From: Candidatus Latescibacterota bacterium
GTDB lineage: Bacteria; Latescibacterota; UBA2968
DNA length: 64,000 nt
Assembly (NCBI GenBank): GCA_965207885.1
Contig: OZ242311.1
Location: 5,856,001 to 5,920,000 of the forward strand
Direction: 5' to 3'
A program made the position numbers and the translations under genes. The notes below the pieces were generated by a model. That model was not told the origin of the DNA and made no database searches. It was given only the letters and a program-made list of their open reading frames with translations. Shown here piece by piece: positions 57,879-64,000 of the stretch (position 1 is its first letter; each line of letters begins with the position of its first letter).

Positions 57879-59936
57879 TTATGACGTTTTTTTGCCGAAG
57901 GCACTGGCAAAGATCAGAAAATCGCTAAACCCAATCATGCCATCCCCATCCAGATCGAATCGCGCTTCATATCCTTCGTCGTCCTGACTTAACCCGAATA
58001 GTGCTACAAATTGCAAAAAGTCGGCAAAATCAACAGTGCCATCGCCATCAAAATCGGGTATAGGAGATTGAGGTATTATATATGGCGACATATCCCACAG
58101 CAGAATGATGCCATATAATGATCCGGAAGCGAGTATTTTTCCATCTGGCGAAAACGACAGGGAATGGCTATCGAGCAAGTGTCCTTCAAGAGTAGCGATA
58201 TTTTCTTTCGTTGCAACATCCCATAGCCTGACCGTGCCACCACTTGGTCCGGAAGCGAGTATTTTTCCATCTGGCGAAAACGACAGGGAACGGACTGAGA
58301 ACACATGTTTCAGAGTAGCGATATTTGTGTGTGTCTCAACATCCCACAGTTTGACCGTGCGATCATTTGCTCCGGAAGCGAGTATTTTTCCATCGGGTGA
58401 AAACGATACTGAATAGACCAAAGACTTGTGTTCAAGAGTAGCGATATTTGTGTGTGTCGCAACATCCCACAACTTGACCATGTTGTCACTTGCCCCGGAA
58501 GCGAGTATTTTTCCATCGGGTGAAAACGATAGCGAATTGATATAAGACGTATGTCCTTCAAGAGTAGCGATATTTGTGTGTGTCGCAATATCCCACAGCT
58601 TGACCGTATTATCGGCTGCCCCGGAAACGAGTGTTTTACCATCTGGCGAAAACGATACAGAACGGACCAAAGACGTATGTCCTTCAAGAGTAGCGATATT
58701 TGTGTGTGTCGCAACATCCCACAGCTTGACCGTATTATCGGCTGCCCCGGAAACGAGTGTTTTACCATCTGGCGAAAACGATACAGAACGGACCAAAGAC
58801 GTATGTCCTTCCATGGTAGCGATATTCGTGCGTGTCTCAACATCCCACAACCTGACAGTGCGATCCCCGAATCCAGAAGCGAGTATTTTGCTATCGGGTG
58901 AAAACGACACAGAATAGACCCGAGGCGTATGTTCCATGGTAGCGATATTTGTGCGTGTCGCAACATCCCACAGCTTGACTTTATCGTTACTTGCCCCAGA
59001 AGCGAGTGTTTTGCCATCTGGCGAAAACGATATGGAATTGATATAAGACATATGTTCCATGGTAGCGATATTTGTGCGTGTTGCAATATCCCACAGCTTG
59101 ACCGTATTATCGGCTGATCCAGAAGCGAGTATTTTGCCATCTGGTGCAAACGATAGAGAATTGATAAAAGACGTATGTCCTTCCAGAGTAATGATATTTG
59201 TGTGTGTCGCAACATCCCACAGCTTGACCGTGTCATCATTTGATCCAGAAGCGAGTATTTTGCTATCGGGTGAAAACGACACGGAATAGACCGTAGAAGT
59301 ATGTTCCAGAGTAGTGATATTTGTGCCTGTTGCAACATCCCATAGCTTGACTGTATCATCATTTGACCCGGAAGCGAGTATTTTGCCATCTGGCGAAAAT
59401 GATACAGAACGGACCAGACCTGTATGTTCTTTAAAGGTAGCGATATTTGCGCCTGTTGCAACATCCCACAGTTTGACCGTTTTATCCCATGACCCGGAAG
59501 CGAGTATTTTGCCATCTGGTGCAAACGATACGGACGTGATAAAAGATGTATGTCCTTTAAAAGTAGCGATATTTGTGCCTGTTGCAACGTTCCACAGCTT
59601 GATATTGCCATCGTTAGCTCCGGAAACGAGAGTCGTCCCATCTGGTGCAAACGATACGGATTCGACATGTGTCATGTGTCCAGCCAGTAGCGCGAGTTCA
59701 CGAGAGGTTGTCACATCGTAAATCCACACACCAACGGTACTTGCCACTGCGAGGCGTTGACCATTCGGAGAAAATACAATAGCCTTATCACTGCCGCGAC
59801 CGAGGCGTCCTTTGCCCAGACGGGCGATTGCCCCATTGGGTAAATGCCACTGCGGAGACGCATAGCTGACAGACAAGAGGCTGAGCAATGCAAAAAGGCA
59901 GATGCACAATCGGATTGGAAAGACGAAGGCTTTCAT
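57879..59936 (-). CDS. Secreted WD40-repeat protein (14 blades) with C-terminal dockerin/EF-hand
   Basis: Repeated SVSFSPDGK.LASG..D.TVKLWD; PDFDGDGTVDFADFL. Confidence 0.92.
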   Translation of the reverse strand: MKAFVFPIRLCICLFALLSLLSVSYASPQWHLPNGAIARLGKGRLGRGSDKAIVFSPNGQRLAVASTVGVWIYDVTTSRELALLAGHMTHVESVSFAPDGTTLVSGANDGNIKLWNVATGTNIATFKGHTSFITSVSFAPDGKILASGSWDKTVKLWDVATGANIATFKEHTGLVRSVSFSPDGKILASGSNDDTVKLWDVATGTNITTLEHTSTVYSVSFSPDSKILASGSNDDTVKLWDVATHTNIITLEGHTSFINSLSFAPDGKILASGSADNTVKLWDIATRTNIATMEHMSYINSISFSPDGKTLASGASNDKVKLWDVATRTNIATMEHTPRVYSVSFSPDSKILASGFGDRTVRLWDVETRTNIATMEGHTSLVRSVSFSPDGKTLVSGAADNTVKLWDVATHTNIATLEGHTSLVRSVSFSPDGKTLVSGAADNTVKLWDIATHTNIATLEGHTSYINSLSFSPDGKILASGASDNMVKLWDVATHTNIATLEHKSLVYSVSFSPDGKILASGANDRTVKLWDVETHTNIATLKHVFSVRSLSFSPDGKILASGPSGGTVRLWDVATKENIATLEGHLLDSHSLSFSPDGKILASGSLYGIILLWDMSPYIIPQSPIPDFDGDGTVDFADFLQFVALFGLSQDDEGYEARFDLDGDGMIGFSDFLIFASAFGKKTS

Positions 59937-60198
59937 GTTTAATACTCTTTAAGTTGATTTGTGTAGCTGGCTGTTGCCTCCCTAAGGGAGCGCACACGAC
60001 TTGAATTGTGTTAGAAATGTATTTCGCAATAGCGCAAACTATACATCAGAAATACAAGTAGCAAGCTAAAAACGCATTACGGTGGGATGATTGTTATATC
60101 GACCAGTCATTATGAGTATCAGGATCATTGTTTCGCGCATTATGTGTCTCCCGGTATGCGAATGAATAATGTGCCGCTGAATCGCACATGTGCGCGTT

Positions 60199-61320
60199 TC
60201 AGTGTTTCGATTTTTTTCTTTTTTCTGTAAGTTCTTGTTCCATTCGACTCAGTTCGAGGTAGTGAATTGGCGGATAAGCCATTTTTGCGATTTCCAGTTT
60301 TTCACAAATTCTCAATATTTCCTCTGATAGATTTTTTACGCGTTCTGATAAATTTTGAAGGACGGGCTGAAGCCGCGAGATATCTACTTTTCGGGCAAAT
60401 TGAAATTTCAATGATCGGGAGGTGATGGTGATGGTATTGGGGGTTTCACGCCCGGGGTAGAATGTTTCAGTTGCTTTGAGTTGCCCAGATACAAAACTGT
60501 TTTCGGGGATCTGATTTACCAGTTGCTCATAGGTTTCGTCTTTTAACTGGAGCTTCTGAATTTGTACGGGGCGATCCGTTTCGCGCACGCGCACTTTGTC
60601 CGGTAAGATGGCGCCGTGTTCTCCACACGTTTGAACCTGTCCGTTGACTACGATCCAGAACATGGCGGGTCTGGCATCGAGGATCACACCTTCTCCGCGT
60701 ACGTGCTCCCGCGTGTGTCGCCCGCGTCCTTCAAAGGTTAAGATGGTTTCTGTGTCAGCTTGTCGATAATCTGCGTATGCCGCAGAGGGTGTGGCCATGA
60801 GGTATCTGAATGATTGCCAGATGCCTCCCATGTGCAATATGGGCAGGAATATCAGGAGCATAAGCAAAAGTCCGATTGACAGATAGCTTTCTCCCATAGA
60901 TCCAGTTTTGATTCTGTATTTCTCGCTGCCAGGGAAGACACAGGCCGCGGGATTGGGATAAAATAGGGGTACGCCGCTTTTGGTGGCGCAATCGGCGATT
61001 ATATGGCTCATATAGCCCAGAAGCAGGGCCGCGTAACACGGGATTTGATAGATGAGTAAGGGCCAGATCATGACCGATAGGGCGAGCAGACAGAGCAGCG
61101 AGTGTGTGATTGTGCGGTGTCCCCATTGCCGTTCGATGGGGATGGATGCAAACGGGAGCACGCGACCGATATAACTGCGCGGGGAATCTATATCCGGGAG
61201 CACGCTTCCTATGATAGCGCATGCGATTGCGGGAAGGTTGCGGTGAAGGGGCAGGGAGAAGAATGAAAAGGAGCCCGCTACGGTGAGTAGTCCAAATGCT
61301 ATATGTGTGGGTGCGGTCAT
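60199..61320 (-). CDS. YdjM-like metal-dependent membrane hydrolase with C-terminal extension
   Basis: TH, LPDID, HRTITHS, SHIIAD, GVPLFYP. Confidence 0.8.
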   Translation of the reverse strand: MTAPTHIAFGLLTVAGSFSFFSLPLHRNLPAIACAIIGSVLPDIDSPRSYIGRVLPFASIPIERQWGHRTITHSLLCLLALSVMIWPLLIYQIPCYAALLLGYMSHIIADCATKSGVPLFYPNPAACVFPGSEKYRIKTGSMGESYLSIGLLLMLLIFLPILHMGGIWQSFRYLMATPSAAYADYRQADTETILTFEGRGRHTREHVRGEGVILDARPAMFWIVVNGQVQTCGEHGAILPDKVRVRETDRPVQIQKLQLKDETYEQLVNQIPENSFVSGQLKATETFYPGRETPNTITITSRSLKFQFARKVDISRLQPVLQNLSERVKNLSEEILRICEKLEIAKMAYPPIHYLELSRMEQELTEKRKKSKH

Positions 61321-62162
61321 CGTTTGAACCTGTACGTGAAGAATCGTATGCCTACGAGTATCGCGCTGCCGATGCCGGCGAGTACATAGCCTTCCATGCT
61401 CCCGATGCCACGCATGAAGAATCGCGCTGCGACGACGACCAGCAGAAGCAATACCACGGCGAACGTAAGATCAATCTGGTTTCGGGCACCTGTGTGAGAT
61501 ACATGTCGTACAGTAGATCGGGTTACGGCGGGTTCTTTGCGGAGTCTTTCGACGATTTCGATGATGGCGCGCGGGTTGCCAGCACTTTGTTGCAAGATGG
61601 AGGTTTCGGTCATGTGGTAGTCTTCTATGTTGGCGCCAGCAGTACACTGTCGGATGAGTTTTTTGGCTTCTGGTGTGGATAAGGGTTCTATTTCTATGCG
61701 GTCGAATTTCCAGAAGTGTTTCTCGTAGGTTTTTACAATTTCGCGCAGGGCGGCTATGATGATGTATTTGCTGTTGAGTTTGTCGATTAGTCGCCCGATG
61801 GAGGGCGTTATGTCGGACAGGTCATCTACGATTAAGACGCATTCGTTTTTTGCCACTGAGTCGAGTACTATATCTGTCCAGGCTTGAATGGTTTCGCGGG
61901 TGTGTCGTTTTTTTATTTTTTCAAAGTCCTCAATGTGCGGATAGAGTTTTCCGCTTTTGTGAAGTTCTTCCGCAATATTTATGAGGGCTTCTTTTATTGG
62001 GGATAGGGTTTTTACTTTGAGTACATAGTCTGCATTGACTTGCGCGAGGAGATGGCTTTTGCCTATGCCGATGGGACCGATTATCAGGGTGTCGATGCGT
62101 TTGGATAGGTTTTCTTTAAGCAGATGGAGTTTTTCCTTTCGTTCTACTGACTGGTGTATCAT
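61317..62162 (-). CDS. P-loop/AAA ATPase with two C-terminal TM helices
   Basis: GPIGIGKS, VLIVDD, AGNPR; hydrophobic tail. Confidence 0.75.
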   Translation of the reverse strand: MIHQSVERKEKLHLLKENLSKRIDTLIIGPIGIGKSHLLAQVNADYVLKVKTLSPIKEALINIAEELHKSGKLYPHIEDFEKIKKRHTRETIQAWTDIVLDSVAKNECVLIVDDLSDITPSIGRLIDKLNSKYIIIAALREIVKTYEKHFWKFDRIEIEPLSTPEAKKLIRQCTAGANIEDYHMTETSILQQSAGNPRAIIEIVERLRKEPAVTRSTVRHVSHTGARNQIDLTFAVVLLLLVVVAARFFMRGIGSMEGYVLAGIGSAILVGIRFFTYRFKR

Positions 62163-62309
62163 GAGAAACGCCCTCCTGTATGGGTTAGAACTGAAACTTC
62201 GTGCCCTTCATGTAGGGCAAAAACCGTGCCAAACAAGCTAAAAATCCGTAACTGCTTGCAGGAGAGCGTGTTTTTAAAAAATGCCCAAAAAAGGATATGC
62301 GGAAAAGTA

Positions 62310-62342
62310 TTTCAAATGAAACAGTTGGTGTTTCATTTGAAA
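62310..62342. promoter_or_regulatory. Perfect 14-bp inverted repeat (operator or element end)
   Basis: tttcaaatgaaaca-gttgg-tgtttcatttgaaa. Confidence 0.55.
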
Positions 62343-62442
62343 CAGTTGGATTAGAATGAAATAAGGGGATTATTAAAGAGGTTACACAAAAAAAGCCCTG
62401 AAAAACACAGGGCATGGCTGGAGGATGGGCTGGTTGGGTGTT

Positions 62443-62474
62443 GTCATCGCGGTATGGTGTTAGCCGCGATCCAG
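62443..62474 (+). repeat. REP-like palindrome (GTCATCGCGG family)
   Basis: gtcatcgcggtatggtgttagccgcgatccag. Confidence 0.8.
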
Positions 62475-62509
62475 GAGGTTTTGGCTGACTGCTGACCGCT
62501 GATGGCTAA

Positions 62510-63310
62510 TTACCAGACAATTTCGTGGGCGTTGACGACGGGTCCTTCGAGGCAGACGCAGCGATAGCGGCGGTCTTCGGTGGGATATGTTTTGTATTCG
62601 ACTACGCAGCCGACACAGGCGCCAAAACCGCAGGCCATGTGGTTTTCGAGGGAGGCATAGCAGGGGGTGTTTGATTCGGCGGCGATGTGGGCGACGTGCG
62701 CCATCATGGGATGGGGACCGCAGGTGAGGATGGTGGTGTGGTTTGGGAGGGTGTGTTCGGCGATGAGTTCTGTGACAAATCCGCGGTGTCCTATGCTGCC
62801 GTCATCGGTGGCGATGTGAAGGGGTAGGTCGGCGGGTAGGAGTGCGGACATGTCGGGCAGGCGCGCGGTATTTGCCGCGCCCATGAGGTAGATCATGTCG
62901 GGACGGCGGTCGGGGTGTTCCCACGCCAAAAATGCGAGGGGGACGAGACCGACGCCGCCTGCGACGAGGAGGATGCGTTTGGTTTTTGGGGGGGCAAAAG
63001 GGTTGCCCAGTGGTCCGCTGGCGTCAAATTGATCGCCGCATTGGGCAGTGGATAAGCGTTCGGTGCCGGGTCCGATGACGTCGTAGATGAGGTCGAGCCA
63101 GCCGGCTTTGCGATCTGCGCGCAATACGCTGAAGGGGCGGCGAAGATATGGGGAGGAGCCAGGATCGGTCAGGATTTGCAGGAATTGCGCCGGGCGAGAG
63201 GCGGTTGCGAGCCGGGGCGCGTGCAGGCGCATGAGGTAGATGCCCTGGGCTATGGGTTCATTTTTTTCTACGATGGCAGATTCAGAGATGAAGTTTGGAA
63301 TTTCGGGCAT
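62510..63310 (-). CDS. pyrK: Dihydroorotate dehydrogenase electron transfer subunit
   Basis: LRRPFS, GPLGNPF, AGGVG, CGP, MACGFGACVGC, VCLEGPV. Confidence 0.9.
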   Translation of the reverse strand: MPEIPNFISESAIVEKNEPIAQGIYLMRLHAPRLATASRPAQFLQILTDPGSSPYLRRPFSVLRADRKAGWLDLIYDVIGPGTERLSTAQCGDQFDASGPLGNPFAPPKTKRILLVAGGVGLVPLAFLAWEHPDRRPDMIYLMGAANTARLPDMSALLPADLPLHIATDDGSIGHRGFVTELIAEHTLPNHTTILTCGPHPMMAHVAHIAAESNTPCYASLENHMACGFGACVGCVVEYKTYPTEDRRYRCVCLEGPVVNAHEIVW

Positions 63311-63312
63311 TG

Positions 63313-64000
63313 TTACTCTGGTGGTTCAAAATTGATGGTTATATCTACCCACATGTCGCGCGGCGCGTCTTCGTGTATGCCGGGTTCAAAGGTGTATTGT
63401 TTTGCTGCTTCTACTGCGGCACTGTGAAATAGTTCGGGTCCCGAGGTTACGTGGACTTCGCCCACATTGCCGTTTTTTAAGATGAGCAAGCGCAAGAAGA
63501 CAGTGGCGGGTTTGCCTTCGGCTCTGGCTTCTTCGGGGTATTCGGGTTCAACTTCTTCTATGATCTGAGGTTCTTCATCGGCATCTACGGCTTCCATGAT
63601 ACCGCCTCCGATAATGACATTGGGTTTGAAGGCGGGTTTTGGAGGGGGTGTTTTTTGCGTTCTGAGCTTTGAGATATCAGGCGGGGTAGCCGTTGTATCC
63701 GGTGGTGCATCTGCTGGATCAGTTCGCGTTGTGTCGGGTTGCGTATCAGACGGTTGCGTTTGGGTGGAGTCTGCTGGCTCGGGCGGAGGGTCGAGAAATT
63801 TGCCCTTGAGTTTGTCGGTTGCAATTTTGCCGTATTGTGTGAGGGGGTATCGCTCCTGCACTTGTGCGTAAACGGTTTTTGCCTGTTCGCGCTGGTCCAG
63901 GTCATTTTCGTAGGTCCAGGCAAGGGCAAAAAGAGCCTTTGGGGCAAAGAGGCTGTTGGGATATTCGTCGGCTATTTGTTGGTAGATGGGTAAGATATCC
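63313..64000 (-). CDS. TonB C-terminal-domain protein, 5' end outside window
   Basis: Pro-rich linker, PEYPEEAR, AAVEAAKQYTFEPG; frame appears open to the window edge. Confidence 0.75.
   Translation of the reverse strand, partial: DILPIYQQIADEYPNSLFAPKALFALAWTYENDLDQREQAKTVYAQVQERYPLTQYGKIATDKLKGKFLDPPPEPADSTQTQPSDTQPDTTRTDPADAPPDTTATPPDISKLRTQKTPPPKPAFKPNVIIGGGIMEAVDADEEPQIIEEVEPEYPEEARAEGKPATVFLRLLILKNGNVGEVHVTSGPELFHSAAVEAAKQYTFEPGIHEDAPRDMWVDITINFEPPE

Noticed and set aside
58310-59668. 452-aa alternative-frame ORF inside the WD40 gene
   Set aside because: A stop-free frame propagated by near-identical repeats; no RBS or plausible domain.
49891-59936. Diversity-generating retroelement acting on the TPR/WD40 repeats
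   Set aside because: No reverse transcriptase in the window, and repeat differences do not look adenine-specific.

Overview
Bacterial chromosomal window of moderate GC. Sulfatases, dockerin/EF-hand-tailed secreted proteins and a WD40 protein suggest a Latescibacterota/Gemmatimonadota-like, possibly sponge-associated lineage (inference only). The backbone has an enolase-superfamily gene, SagB-like nitroreductase, lolC/E, rsgA, nucleoside hydrolase, M32 carboxypeptidase, a cytochrome c maturation cluster (ccmE-F-H...ccmABCD, with a CxxxY-type CcmE), two sulfatases, a uxuA-like gene, an ECF sigma/anti-sigma operon, a propeller histidine kinase, an NtrC-type regulator and pyrK. An Rdx-family selenoprotein (CxxU, in-frame UGA plus SECIS-like hairpin) is missed by the ORF track. 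The most striking features are integrase-free accessory hotspots inside conserved clusters. (i) At 17.5-21.15 kb in the ccm cluster, four copies of a ~55-bp terminator-like repeat delimit toxin-antitoxin/Rpn cassettes and their decayed fragments. (ii) At 24.05-25.8 kb more TA genes sit between ccmF and ccmE. (iii) At 47.6-56.3 kb is a tandem unit 'repeat - swappable TA pair - operator-studded promoter - STAND-like ATPase/ATPase-wHTH-TPR', part of a ~10-kb block separating the kinase from its likely regulator. No rRNA, tRNA, CRISPR array or integrase was seen. All calls come from reading the sequence; no searches were run.
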